From the IMG/VR virus record IMGVR_UViG_3300044644_001125, positions 62,001 through 126,000 of that record: 64,000 nt of DNA; one strand, written 5' to 3'. Below are positions 21,120 to 32,162 of this stretch, piece by piece. Below the pieces are notes generated by a model, which did not search any database, was not told the origin of the DNA, and saw only the letters and a list, made by a program, of their open reading frames with translations. The position numbers were made by a program, and so were the translations under genes. Within the stretch, counting starts at the first letter, position 1. Each line of letters opens with the position of its first letter.

Positions 21120-22088
21120 CTTTGTATCTCCGGTAGTGCTTTGTTAAGGTGGGTATAGTTTAGTCGTTTATGCCTACATTGTCAACAACTTTCGTTAAAC
21201 AATCTACAGGATAATAACAACAGTCGCCAAAAGATACTGAATACGAGTACCACGTAGTCATTACACCGTCTATGAGGTTATTCCATTCGCTTTGCTTGGT
21301 ATTGACTACGTCACCAATGATAGGCTTTGAACCTCCTAAGTCTAGGCTAAGTGTTAAGCCTATCACTGAGTTGATGTCTGTTTTCATGCGATCTAGTACG
21401 TTCATGGTTTGTCCTTTGACAGCTCGCGCTAACGCGCTCGCATAATATAATCTTTAGTCTGCTGGTTTAACATGGATTATGTTTATATCACTACCGTGTT
21501 TATAATGTGCCATCTTTCTTGCGTTTTCTGCATCTGATATAGTAATATAGTCATACTGGGTAATGGTACGTTTAGTGAAGTTGTAATCGTACTTCTCGAA
21601 GTAGACTTCAAACTGGGTTAGTCCATCGGTTCTTCTACACATGGGTTGCCTCTATGTTGGATAGATAGTTGTGCCGTAGACTTCTACGGGTTCGAGTAGA
21701 ATAGTATCATACTCGACTGTCACTGTCAATAAGGCGACCAGTACTATTATTGCGATTGATTGTAGTATAATTATAGTTCGCATTGCTTATCTCTTGAACA
21801 GGTAATAACCGACAGCTAACATGACTAGGTATCCCGCGCCACCACTGCCAATGATTCCAGCAGTGCCAAAGATAAGCAATCCAACCATAACAAACCAGAA
21901 AGCAACCTTAATGAATAAGGTTAGCACTGTTGCGAATATAGATAGCATTATCAATGCAAAAATGATAGTGGCGGCTAGTTCGGGTGCGTTTTCCATTGGT
22001 TGCTCTCGTATGTGCGTATAGGTGTGTTATGTCACAGCGGGTAAAGAGGCTAAAAGATGATTGAGTTATCTTTTAGCCTTGTTGATAT

Positions 22089-22391
22089 TTACCCTTGTAG
22101 TTCTTCTAGGGTAACTCTGGTTACTCGTTCAATGATGAGTTGGTCTGGTGTAACCGCAGTGAGTTCGAGATACCAAGCGTCAAAATCTTCATCCTGTGTA
22201 AACGTTTTAACTGTTACTTCATCGGTATCTGAATCAAACTCGAATTCATCAACTAGGTGTGGGTATCCCTCGTGTTCTACTTTGATTTGAAAACCTGTGT
22301 TAAGGTTATAATACGTTACGGTTTCTTGCCATTCTGCTTGATTGGCTGTTAATACGTTTACTGCTGTTAATGCGTCTAGGTATGCTTTCAT
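22089..22391 (-). CDS. Early acidic hypothetical protein
   Basis: Cassette promoter and SD. Confidence 0.7.
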   Translation of the reverse strand: MKAYLDALTAVNVLTANQAEWQETVTYYNLNTGFQIKVEHEGYPHLVDEFEFDSDTDEVTVKTFTQDEDFDAWYLELTAVTPDQLIIERVTRVTLEELQG

Positions 22392-22461
22392 CTTGTTTAC
22401 TCCGGTAGTGCTTTGTTAAGGTGGTGATAGTTTATTTGAAAACTATCACCGTGTCAAGTTG

Positions 22462-23388
22462 TTAGTGTAATATTTTTGAACCTTTGGTTCTGTTACATCT
22501 CCAACATAATGTTTGTAAGTTACTTTCTACAGTAAAACCGCCTTTCGATAATGGTATAATATGGTCGATTTCTAATAGTAGATTCTTTTCATCATTAGTT
22601 GATAGATTACACATTTGGCAAGTATGGCTATCTCTGTTCTTTATCTTAGTTCTAAGTGCCGATGTCATCAATGCGCGTTGTCCAGCGATACTCTTTTTGA
22701 ATTTGATGTTATCATTCAAGTAAGCAATAAATCTGTTTAAGTTTGATATATCGAATTGAATGTCATTTTTCATAAAACTGTTACCACCAGCCGACACGTA
22801 TTGAAACGAATAAACTGGAAAATACAACTCGCTCAAGTCAACATAATTCAAACCCAACTTCTGTTTCAACAATTCTGAATCAAAACGCATAATCAATGGT
22901 GGTATGCAATTTGATATACTTGCAATAATCTCATCTCTTTCAGTGGTTAGTAATCTTTTACCCTCTTGAACCGACCCGTAATCATTTAACATACTTTCAA
23001 AGTTCGATAATGCGTCTTCATCAATTCCAATATTGAAATACTTACACAGGTACTTGAATGGTTGATTGTTTGAGTTTTTCAGCACAGAAGACGAACAGCG
23101 ATGAACAAATGTATTACTTTTTCTGATATTTGCCCAGTTTGGTCTTTTGAAATTATAATTGCTACTATCACGCAACGTACTTACACCCATATTGTTAGCT
23201 GGTATATGAACGTGAGATTGTTTTAACTTCTCTATGTACTCGTTTAATTCGTTGCAATTGTTAACATGATAATATACGGTATCGCGTATATTCAAGAAAA
23301 TCTGACTTTTAAAATATCTATTTCTATATACTACATATACAATCCACATCACACATAACAATCCAATCACAGCAATTGCCAATTTCAT
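22462..23388 (-). CDS. Membrane-anchored HNH endonuclease
   Basis: N-terminal TM helix; RD..TCQMC, EIDHIIP, NLQTLCWRCN. Confidence 0.85.
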   Translation of the reverse strand: MKLAIAVIGLLCVMWIVYVVYRNRYFKSQIFLNIRDTVYYHVNNCNELNEYIEKLKQSHVHIPANNMGVSTLRDSSNYNFKRPNWANIRKSNTFVHRCSSSVLKNSNNQPFKYLCKYFNIGIDEDALSNFESMLNDYGSVQEGKRLLTTERDEIIASISNCIPPLIMRFDSELLKQKLGLNYVDLSELYFPVYSFQYVSAGGNSFMKNDIQFDISNLNRFIAYLNDNIKFKKSIAGQRALMTSALRTKIKNRDSHTCQMCNLSTNDEKNLLLEIDHIIPLSKGGFTVESNLQTLCWRCNRTKGSKILH

Positions 23389-23461
23389 CTTGTTTACTCC
23401 GTAGTGCTTTGTTAAGGTGGGTACATTATAGTTGCAATGTACCCAGTTGTCAAGTTATCTT

Positions 23462-23788
23462 TTAGATGAGTTCACCATCTTCGTCAAATTCTGAATCAAA
23501 GTCAACGACTTTGTATTCGTCATCTGCTGGTATTTCAGTAACAACATAGTTCAAACGGTCACAGTAATGCCAACCACTTAAGATTGGGTTGTTGCCATAG
23601 CACATAATTGTCCAAACACGTTTAGGGTCTGTTACTTTCATCTGGTTGATATATTCTTCTTCCTCACCGTATGTTTCGTATGAGATGCCACCAAAGCTCG
23701 CAAATTCTACATCTTCATCTTCTGGTAAGAAGTGGTTGATTTGTGGTTTGAATTGTTCTTCGAATTGTTCCCAAGATATTGTTTTCAT
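23462..23788 (-). CDS. Early hypothetical protein
   Basis: Cassette promoter and SD. Confidence 0.75.
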   Translation of the reverse strand: MKTISWEQFEEQFKPQINHFLPEDEDVEFASFGGISYETYGEEEEYINQMKVTDPKRVWTIMCYGNNPILSGWHYCDRLNYVVTEIPADDEYKVVDFDSEFDEDGELI

Positions 23789-24679
23789 GTTTTGTTACTC
23801 CGTAGTGCTTTGTTAAGGTGGGTACAGTATAGTTGTTCTGTACCCAGTTGTCAACGATTATCTTTTAGGTTATAGTTCTAGTATGAGTTCGTTATTATCG
23901 TACTTAGACTTCCAAACCAGTTTTGCGGTGTACATATTAACGTCTAGTTCTGGTTCAAGCCATGTTAGTTCACTGTTTGACATATCGAATACATCGTCAA
24001 CTTCTTCCGATGCAAGGAAAGTTCCAGTGGGAATGATCGACCAATAAGTAACTTGGTTGATGTCATTACTTGATATAATCTCACGACCTTTCTCGATTTT
24101 TTCATTAAGAAAGTCTAAGTTGCCATAGTAAAACAACGGTGTGTCTGAGTATTCTTCGGTGGTTGAAAGTTCGTATAGTTTCATTGTAGTGCCTCGTTGT
24201 TGTTTAAAGTGGGTGTATTCTAAAAGATAACTGCTTTACTGTCAAGTGTTATATACTAATGGAATTGGTCTAATACCTAGTTGTTTTCTCATTAGAATCG
24301 CAATATCTTCTGTTTTTCTTACAAGCACTTTACCCTTTTTATTAAGAAGATTCGTTGATGCAACAATTCTGTTGTTGACTACATAAAACGTGTTTATTTT
24401 ATGCTCGGTGCGTGCATGAATATTGAATGCTATTATCTCGTACCCAGCATCTATTTTGTAAGCGTACACACTAGGTGGGCATACCAGTTCTTTTGTCAAA
24501 AGTCCAGTAGCAACTCTTTTATCTAGTATTGCTATAATTCTGCTTGATTCTTTCTTTAACCATCTTTGTTTAATTTTACCTTTTTTCATCTTGTTTACTC
24601 CGTAGTGCTTTGTTAAGGTGGGTATATTCTAAAAGATAACTGCCTCAAAGTCAACAGTTATCTTTTAGGTTAATCTAGG

Positions 24680-24979
24680 TTAAATGTGATAGAATTCTTT
24701 AGCCTCTTGGATAATTGCATCGATGTCCACTTGGCTATGTTGGGTTTCTACTACTTTAGAAGTGGTACGTTTATGTTTAACATAGCGTAAGGTTTTGAAG
24801 AAGTCTTGGTACATTGCGTGTGATACAAAGTTACCTTCTACTCTGCCTACCGATGCGCAGGTGTGTAACGCTCCATCTGACGCTTTACTTGTTCTGATAC
24901 TAAGTTGAAGTTTACCGTTAAGCATGGTTACTGTTTCTGCTCTCCATGCGTTGCCATATTTATTGATTAGTGTTTGCAT
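24680..24979 (-). CDS. Early hypothetical protein
   Basis: Cassette promoter and SD. Confidence 0.7.
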   Translation of the reverse strand: MQTLINKYGNAWRAETVTMLNGKLQLSIRTSKASDGALHTCASVGRVEGNFVSHAMYQDFFKTLRYVKHKRTTSKVVETQHSQVDIDAIIQEAKEFYHI

Positions 24980-25321
24980 TGCTGTTTTCCTGTAGTGCTT
25001 TGTTAAGGTGCGAGTAGTATATAACTACTCGCTTTATATGTCAACAGTTTATCTCAAATGTTCTTCTAGTAATTTCAACTGTTTTTTAGATAGGTTAAGT
25101 TCAGCTAATACGTTTCTAAAAGATGATGTAAGATAACCTGTAACAAAGGCATAGTTCACCTCTCCTTTGTTAAAATCTGCCGATGCTTGTTCTGCTGTTG
25201 TTTTCATATGGTCGATTACTGTTTCTAATAGGATTGGGTTTGTCATCGTCTTTACTCCGGTAGTGCTTGTTAAGGTGGGTACAGTATAGTTGTTCTGTAC
25301 CCATTTGTCAACAGTTATCTT

Positions 25322-25906
25322 TTAGTCTTCGAGTTCTTCTTCGCGTTCCCATTCTGCCATGTTTTCATATATAGCAAATGCCTCGTTAATGGCTTGTGGT
25401 ATATGCTTTTTAACCCATGCACTATCACCATCAATGCTATATTCATCAACGTCTGTGTATTCTTCATTGCCTTCGTAATAACCACAGAATGCGCAACCAC
25501 CCTCATAGAAGTAAGCCTCGATTTCAAATCCCAATGCGGCTAATGCGTTATAACCTTCTACTGGTGGACTCCATGCACTATCGAAATCTAATGTTAATGT
25601 ATCGCCTTCTAGTGTGCTTTCTGTATCAGTTCCGCCAATATCCCACTTCGTACCCCATTTGGCATTGGCAAACTCGTACCAATCAACGTATCCGTATTTT
25701 TCTTTATTTGCTTTTTGCTTTGCCTCTAATTCGAGTTGTTGCTCTGTACCCTCACCATAGAATCCACTGGTTGTGTTTCTTAGTTCTTCTGGGATTGGTA
25801 TAAACTCGTTAAGTAGTTTGCCATTGTCAAACGCCTCTTGAGCGCGGACAAGCATTGCAGGGTCTTTGTGTTTTAAAGTTGCTTTGTTATTGCACCAGTT
25901 TGGCAT
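25322..25906 (-). CDS. DUF1281/YubB (Api92-like ferredoxin-fold) protein
   Basis: MPNWCNN, DWY...WGTKWD, FDSAWSPP, YEGG. Confidence 0.8.
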   Translation of the reverse strand: MPNWCNNKATLKHKDPAMLVRAQEAFDNGKLLNEFIPIPEELRNTTSGFYGEGTEQQLELEAKQKANKEKYGYVDWYEFANAKWGTKWDIGGTDTESTLEGDTLTLDFDSAWSPPVEGYNALAALGFEIEAYFYEGGCAFCGYYEGNEEYTDVDEYSIDGDSAWVKKHIPQAINEAFAIYENMAEWEREEELED

Positions 25907-25991
25907 GGTCGTATCCTCGTTGTAGTGTTTAATGTAGTGCCTTGTTTCAAGGTGGTGATAGTATATTCTTTTATCACCACCTTGTCAATCT

Positions 25992-26402
25992 TTATTTTGC
26001 TAATAATCCAATAACTACTGGTGTTAATTCTTTTACATCATAGCCGTTGCAATACCACCATTGTTTGCCTTGTAGCAGGTAGAAGTATTCGCCACCCTTA
26101 CGGAATCTAAGCCATTCTTCTACATTGGCATGGTTACGACTTTCAATACCAGTTTCGCCTCTATCACGTCCATAGAACGTGGTGCTTTTGACTTTAGTAG
26201 CACGGTCAAAGTTGTGTTTATGACCTACAAAATCTTTCAGTGAACTAACGTCACCGTTGGCTAGTAGTTGGACTGTTTTTCTTTTGTTGTAGTGTTCTGC
26301 TAAGGTTTGTCCTACGCCTTCTAGGTAGCCGTCCCAGTGGCAGTAAATTGATTGAATTGTTCCGTTTGGTAATACCATTGCGATTGTGCTTCTTGTTGCC
26401 AT
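25992..26402 (-). CDS. Conserved phage early protein (IYCHWDGY type)
   Basis: MATRSTI...IYCHWDGY..GVG..L; diverged paralog at 31659-32162. Confidence 0.75.
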   Translation of the reverse strand: MATRSTIAMVLPNGTIQSIYCHWDGYLEGVGQTLAEHYNKRKTVQLLANGDVSSLKDFVGHKHNFDRATKVKSTTFYGRDRGETGIESRNHANVEEWLRFRKGGEYFYLLQGKQWWYCNGYDVKELTPVVIGLLAK

Positions 26403-26473
26403 TGTCTTTACTCCGTAGTGCTTTGTTAAGGTGGGTATATTCTAAAAGATAATACCCACCGTGTCAATACTTT

Positions 26474-27409
26474 TTATTCAATAATGCTATCAACCCATCG
26501 CGCAAAAGCATTTATTGGGTGTTCAAAGTCGGGTGGGATATACCAGAATGATCCTTGTGGTTCCCATCGTGCTCCTAATACCTTCACCATATCTTTTTCA
26601 CTATATGGAACTTTAAGTTTTATCGTCATGCCATTAGTGTATATTAGTTGGTGCTTTGCTAATATACTATCATCACAATTTCCGGTAATATCTGAATTAT
26701 TAACGGTCTCAAAGAATTTACTATGTTTAAACTGCAATTTAATCATGGTTAATCGTAGATCATTCAGTTCTAATTGTTGTTTATCTATATCTGCCTGTAG
26801 CTTTTCCAATCGTGTTTTACGCCGGTGCATCTCTAGTTGACGCATGTTAATGGATTTAAAATACAATTGAATCAAAAATTCTTTCATATCAACCGATGAT
26901 TTAAAACCAACTCTATAATGTTGACCAGCATATTCTAACTCATTGAATTCGCCTACGTCTTTACATTCTACTACTCGATAGCTAACAATTTCAGAATACG
27001 CCCATCTTGGCAATGATGATTTGTCGGTGGTGTTAGCAATCCACAATATGTTTCGATAAGCAGTTGTCCGTGATTCCACGTCCTCATCAGATATAGACGA
27101 CTGTTGCAATTCAACCACCAAGTAACCATCAGGAAGTCTTGGGTCTCTGATACAAATATCAGCAATGTTATTTGGCCACAATGGGTCTCTAACTTCCACT
27201 TCTGATACATCTAGCATATTTTGCCATTTATAGTGCCATTCGCCTTTTCCCTTGGCATATGCACACGAATTCGCAGAATGCGCCCAATGCCATGTCTTAA
27301 TCATTCCGGTTTTAGCGATTACTACTTCATTACAGCATTGGCAAAGTGCTTTTCTAATTTCCTTATCTGGTCTTACACGGTACCCTTCTTCAGTCACTGC
27401 TATATACAT
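26474..27409 (-). CDS. CoiA-like nuclease with C-terminal DUF5710-like domain
   Basis: CQCC..HWAH, ADI..VELQQS (PD-D/ExK-like), LKVPYSEKDMVKVLGARW. Confidence 0.75.
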   Translation of the reverse strand: MYIAVTEEGYRVRPDKEIRKALCQCCNEVVIAKTGMIKTWHWAHSANSCAYAKGKGEWHYKWQNMLDVSEVEVRDPLWPNNIADICIRDPRLPDGYLVVELQQSSISDEDVESRTTAYRNILWIANTTDKSSLPRWAYSEIVSYRVVECKDVGEFNELEYAGQHYRVGFKSSVDMKEFLIQLYFKSINMRQLEMHRRKTRLEKLQADIDKQQLELNDLRLTMIKLQFKHSKFFETVNNSDITGNCDDSILAKHQLIYTNGMTIKLKVPYSEKDMVKVLGARWEPQGSFWYIPPDFEHPINAFARWVDSIIE

Positions 27410-27485
27410 GATTATTCCTCGTAACTAAAATCAATTATTATACGACATTATCTTTTAGTTTTTACCCATTGTCAATACCCTAGAC

Positions 27486-27514
27486 AAAAAAATGCCCAGC
27501 TACAAGAACTGGGC
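27486..27514 (-). terminator. Intrinsic terminator
   Basis: GCCCAG stem with U7 tail on minus strand. Confidence 0.75.
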
Positions 27515-27680
27515 GAGGTGAGTGTACATCAGGTGCTAATATCAGGCACTACTCCGATACTAGCCTCCTTTGGGTGGTAGATCCGCAAGGCACTACTCCT
27601 GCAAATCTATCTGGGTTGCCAATACAAGGCACTACTCCTGCATTGACGGGTACTACCTTAACACAACGAATTGTCTGTTT
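27486..27680 (-). ncRNA. Candidate three-hairpin sRNA with identical GGAGUAGUGCCU loops
   Basis: Hairpins 27618-27647, 27578-27609, 27535-27564 with different stems, fully paired only on the minus strand (G-U), and an identical 12-nt loop. Confidence 0.7.
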
Positions 27681-27693
27681 CATGTCTATTCTC

Positions 27694-27834
27694 CTAAGAG
27701 TAAAACTGTTTGATTACTTTCTTTGACTGGGTTCTATTCAACGCAATGCCAGTGGATAGAAAGTATCTTATATAATCTTCAACGAATTGTTCACGTTTTG
27801 CTTGTCTAATTTGTAATTTGCTTTTTGCTTTCAT
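27694..27834 (-). CDS. Small basic protein
   Basis: True start MKAKSK downstream of tRNA, AAGGT SD. Confidence 0.55.
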   Translation of the reverse strand: MKAKSKLQIRQAKREQFVEDYIRYFLSTGIALNRTQSKKVIKQFYS

Positions 27835-27855
27835 TGTCTTTACCTTTATGTTTGT

Positions 27856-27931
27856 TGGTGCCATTACAGGGATTCGAACCCCGATCTTACGCATTATGAG
27901 TACGCGGCATTAACCGTTATGCTATAATGGC
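27856..27931 (-). tRNA. tRNA with CAU anticodon (elongator Met or Ile2)
   Basis: GCCATTA/TAATGGC acceptor, GCAT/ATGC D stem, CT-CAT-AA loop, GTTCGAATC T loop, encoded CCA; lacks initiator features. Confidence 0.92.
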
Positions 27932-28325
27932 ATTTGTATATTCTAAAAGATAATTGAATCATTGTCAAGCATTATCTTTTAGGGTTGCCGTCCTTGGCAG
28001 TGAGTGTTTTATTGGTTTGTTAATTGTTCATCTAATGCACGTTTTGCAATTACTGCCCATAAGTAAGGGTGGCTAAATTCAGTATCATTCAATGCTTGTT
28101 CAACACGTTCATTGTCATCAGCATTCAAAGGTATTTCCAATTCAGTTACAGTTTCATCAATGAATGCTAGATACTCTGTGCCTCTAACATGACTGATAAG
28201 GTCAAATATTCTTTCTACTGCATTTTCTGTTAATGTTATTGTATAGGTTTTCATATGTAGTGCCTCTTTGTTTTATTAATGTGGTGATAGTCTAAAAGAT
28301 AATCACCACATTGTCAAGTTATATA

Positions 28326-28709
28326 TTAAGCCGCTAATGCGTATGCTTTGTTCCACTGTCCGATATTGATGTCAACATAAAAGCCTCTATCGTGATAATC
28401 TGACATAATGTCCGAATTATCATAGTTGCCTTCATTCATGATTTCAAGTGCTTTAGTCAAGAACTCGTGTGCAACACCTTTGTTAAACTGGTCGTCTAAC
28501 CAATAAGGATTGACTTGTATATAATCTTTGCTGTAGTTACTGTCTACTTCTTTTAACGCGCCATAGAAGTCGATTTTACCACCTTGTATATTAAGAACGA
28601 TGGTGTAGCAATGTTTACGCGCCACAGTTGCTTTGATACCGTATTCTTTTGCTAATGCTCTTAATCTTACTGCTTTCAACTCTTTTTGTTCTTTACTAAT
28701 GTATGGCAT
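28326..28709 (-). CDS. Early protein resembling polyvalent-protein LPD-type domain
   Basis: NYDNSDIMSDYHDRGFY..INIG.W motif. Confidence 0.55.
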   Translation of the reverse strand: MPYISKEQKELKAVRLRALAKEYGIKATVARKHCYTIVLNIQGGKIDFYGALKEVDSNYSKDYIQVNPYWLDDQFNKGVAHEFLTKALEIMNEGNYDNSDIMSDYHDRGFYVDINIGQWNKAYALAA

Positions 28710-30209
28710 GATTTTTACTCCGTAGTGCTTTGTTAAGGTGGGTACATTCTAGTTTAAAATGCACCCAAAGTCAAGCATTATCTTTTAGATATATTCACGT
28801 CCTGTTTCTTCAATCAACGCAGGTGTGAACCAATCACGGTATCTGGTGGCATTCTCACGACCAGCACCCCAGCCAAAATCTTCTACCCAGTATAACTGTT
28901 CACCATCAAACTCATCTATCTTACCTAAGATAACAAACTGTTTACCAAATACGTCATCATCACTAAAGCCTTGATTGGCTACTGCATCATCTTGAATGAA
29001 GTCTAAGAAGTGTGCCAAACCCATTGCGTGGTCTGAACCATTGTTCAGTAACCATTCTTTTTGTTCTCTAAGTAACGCCCAGTCTATGTTTTTAAGTGTA
29101 ATCATTTTCTATTCTCCGTAGTGCTTTGTTAAAGTGGCTCTAGTATCTCATATAAGAACCACCTTGTCAACTTTAATATTCTTCGTGTGTGATAATTCTT
29201 TCTACATCGTCTGGGACTGTTTCAATCGTATAATCTAAGATTTCTTCATCACCAGTCAATCTTTCGTTGATTTCTTCGGGTAACCAGTAGTCTAGTTTGT
29301 GGTCATCGTTTACTGTCAATAAGAATGTTACTTTTACTGTTTTCATTTGTAGTGCCTCTTTAGATTGTTTGATATATTTCTCGCTGTACTGTTTCTTCGT
29401 ATGCGTCTGCGCAGTCCTCTTGATTTGCATCGCATTCGCTACACGCTAATTGTGATTTCGGTCTGACGTAATTGTCATTGCATTCACATTCCCAATAAGA
29501 ATGGTTTAGCGTAATCAAACCGTAGTTTTCAATCACATCACCTTGTGCGTTTGTGTCTAACATGGTTATTGCTCCGTAGTGCTTTGTTGAGGTGGGTACA
29601 TTCTAAAAGATGATGTACCCAAAGTCAAGCATTATCTTTTAGTCAAACGCTTTGACTATTGAATCAATAAGATTGTCCATATATTCCACCACTTCACTGA
29701 TAGTATCATCTTCAAATTTTTCCCATATCGTAGCATAATCAATACAGTCAAAACTATCTGCTAATTCATTTGATAACATTTCATACGTTTTAACGGCATC
29801 ATTATCATATTCAGATAAGAATGTGTTAATTGCGATTTCAATTGCTTTTTCTTTTGTAGTCATGTCTATTACTCCGTAGTGCTTTGTTAAGGTGCGAGTA
29901 GTTTAATCTATCTCACACCAGTTGTCAACTATTATCTTTTAGTTTGCGGTTAACAAATCTAAAAATTCTTGGTATGGAATCATTACTTCAAATCCCATGT
30001 TGTTATCATAAACTACCCATGTTGAATTTTTAGATGACAGGCTTATGAACTTAATGAGTGCCGTGTTTAGTATTACTAATGTTTCATGCGTTGCAGTTGA
30101 ACCGCGTAGTTTTTCTGTTTTAGTTGCTTTAATGAACATGGTCTTTACTCCGTAGTGCTTTGTTAAGGTGCGAGTAGTATATTACTACTCGCTTTAGTTG
30201 TCAACTGTT

Positions 30210-30710
30210 TTATATAATCATTGTTTTTGGTATTCTGTAAACAATACCACTTGCAACACCTAATAGCGGTTTAACGCTTACCACTTTCACTACTGCGACA
30301 TATGAATTCCTCAACTGGATAATGTCACCAATCATCAAGTTAGCGGCACGTTTGCGTGTTTTACTAGCATTTTCGTGAAACTTAACTACATTATCGCGCC
30401 ATTCTTGGCAAGTAACTGTTGCCTCTTTTAAAAACTTTAGTGGGCAGTTATATTGATAAGGGTGCATACTTTCACACATATCTTTGTAACCATAGCCTTT
30501 ATCGTTTTTAAAGTATTCAAGTCTGAATAGCAGAATAACCTTTTGACCTAACACATTGTTAGGATTATAATCAACGTCTTTTTGTGATACTGTGTACAAA
30601 CCCCATAGGTTATTGCCAACCAACGACCATTGAGTTATTGCATCATTGTCTAATTTAATTTGTCTAACTAATGCTTGTTTGCCAGTGTTGCTATAAGATA
30701 ACCAACCCAT
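30210..30710 (-). CDS. Conserved phage early protein (GYKDMCESMHP type)
   Basis: MGW..., GYKDM.E.M.P..Y.CP..., EWR motifs. Confidence 0.7.
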   Translation of the reverse strand: MGWLSYSNTGKQALVRQIKLDNDAITQWSLVGNNLWGLYTVSQKDVDYNPNNVLGQKVILLFRLEYFKNDKGYGYKDMCESMHPYQYNCPLKFLKEATVTCQEWRDNVVKFHENASKTRKRAANLMIGDIIQLRNSYVAVVKVVSVKPLLGVASGIVYRIPKTMII

Positions 30711-30789
30711 TGTCTTTACTCCGTAGTGCTTTGTTAAGGTGGGTACAGTATAGTTGTTCTGTACCCAGTTGTCAACTCTTTTTTTTCAA

Positions 30790-30901
30790 CTATCAGTAAG
30801 TAAGTCTACCATTATTAAGATTTAACGTATTAACGAAAAATGTACTGGCTCAAGCCTTGTATTGGGTGCTTGAGGACACCCGCAGACCCACTTACTGATA
30901 G
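30790..30901 (-). ncRNA. Candidate structured ncRNA in a cassette slot
   Basis: 20-bp closing stem (30790-30809 with 30882-30901, G-U on minus strand) and inner CTCAAGC/GCTTGAG hairpin; promoter at about 30935-30972 with no SD or ORF. Confidence 0.55.
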
Positions 30902-31658
30902 CTCTTAGGCTCGTGCCTATCGGCACTCGCTAAGTTGGGTACATTATCTTTTAGAATGTACCCATTGTCAAGTATTATTTTAAACTACCTTACCTACGAA
31001 AACGTAATTATGTCTACTCATATCAGCTAGATTACCAATCGAGTTAATCCAAAAAGGATCTGTATTTTGTGAATCAAGTATAACCTTATTGGCAACTTCT
31101 TCTAGGTGGTGTACCTTGTTTACTTGAGTTTTACCTAGTAAGATACTATTGTCTAAATTATCTTTTAGTGCTTTAGCCACTTGCGCTAAGTCACTTTCGT
31201 GTCTGGTAAAACTACCAGCAATGGATATTGGGTTTATGTTCATATTAGCACCTATCACTTTGATGTGGCAAACAATGCCGTAAATGCCCACAGCATACTC
31301 TTAATGCCGCGCCATTGAGCGGCGCGTATTGCTGTAATAGATACTGTGGTGACCTGTGTTCTTCGTATGGTGGTGGCATCATTACTGTTGGTGACATTTG
31401 GCAACCATACAAAGAAACTAAAAGTATATAGGCTATTTTACGCATGACTGAGTACCTAACAAAACAAAACCGAAACAGATTAACCCAAAGCCAACTGCTA
31501 TTGCAATAATTGCCGTTAACCACTGGCTAGTCATTAAACCTAAGTCACCAATCGAACCTAGTGCCATACCTGTTGCGATTGAAGTCATCGCTTTACTTAA
31601 ATTTGTCATAGAGTGCCTCGTGTGCGTAGGTGTACCCGCCTTCACAGCGGGTAATCTG

Positions 31659-32162
31659 TTAGTGTCTTGTTGCTGGCTTGATACCAAAGATGGTATACAT
31701 CCGTTCATCAAACTTATCTAAGATAACGTCTGGTAGGATTTCCATAAGTTCATCTATGATTTCTGCCTTGAGTTGTTCAACATCAATCATTTCAACTTCG
31801 GTTTGTTTAGTTGTAAACTCGTTCTCTTGGCTTAATTGCAAGAGTACCGTTTCAAGGTTATGCAATGTTTTATCCTGTCGAGTGGCAACTTCCCAAAAAC
31901 CAATTCGATTATAGATAAAGATATAATCAGCATTAGTTTCATCTAAAAGATGATTGAGTGTCTTGTGTATCTCACTTTCATCTAGGTCACCAGTATCATC
32001 CGTTATTTCTGCTCTATCTCCTATCAACATCAATTTAGAGATGTTACTTTGGTCGATGTTAGCTAAAAGATAACGTCCAACATCTTTTAGAGTTCCTTCG
32101 TGGATATAGACGGATTCAACGACACCACCTTCTCTTACCCATGCAACTGTACTACTAGGCAT
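31659..32162 (-). CDS. Diverged paralog of 25992-26402
   Basis: SVYIHEGTLKDVGRYL, LMLIGD, DYIFIY pattern. Confidence 0.6.
   Translation of the reverse strand: MPSSTVAWVREGGVVESVYIHEGTLKDVGRYLLANIDQSNISKLMLIGDRAEITDDTGDLDESEIHKTLNHLLDETNADYIFIYNRIGFWEVATRQDKTLHNLETVLLQLSQENEFTTKQTEVEMIDVEQLKAEIIDELMEILPDVILDKFDERMYTIFGIKPATRH

Noticed and set aside
27549-27683. 44-aa ORF (MKQTIRCVKVVP...) with GGAG SD as the sole explanation of the triple repeat
   Set aside because: The third repeat copy is out of frame and spans the stop, and the stems show G-U-compatible pairing, so the constraint looks RNA-level; a dual-function RNA is not excluded
27835-27894. N-terminal extension of ORF 27694-27894
   Set aside because: Overlaps the tRNA; real start is 27834
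27856-27931. Initiator tRNA-fMet or prophage att site
   Set aside because: G1-C72 is paired and the three G-C anticodon-stem pairs are absent; no duplicated tRNA 3' end or integrase seen
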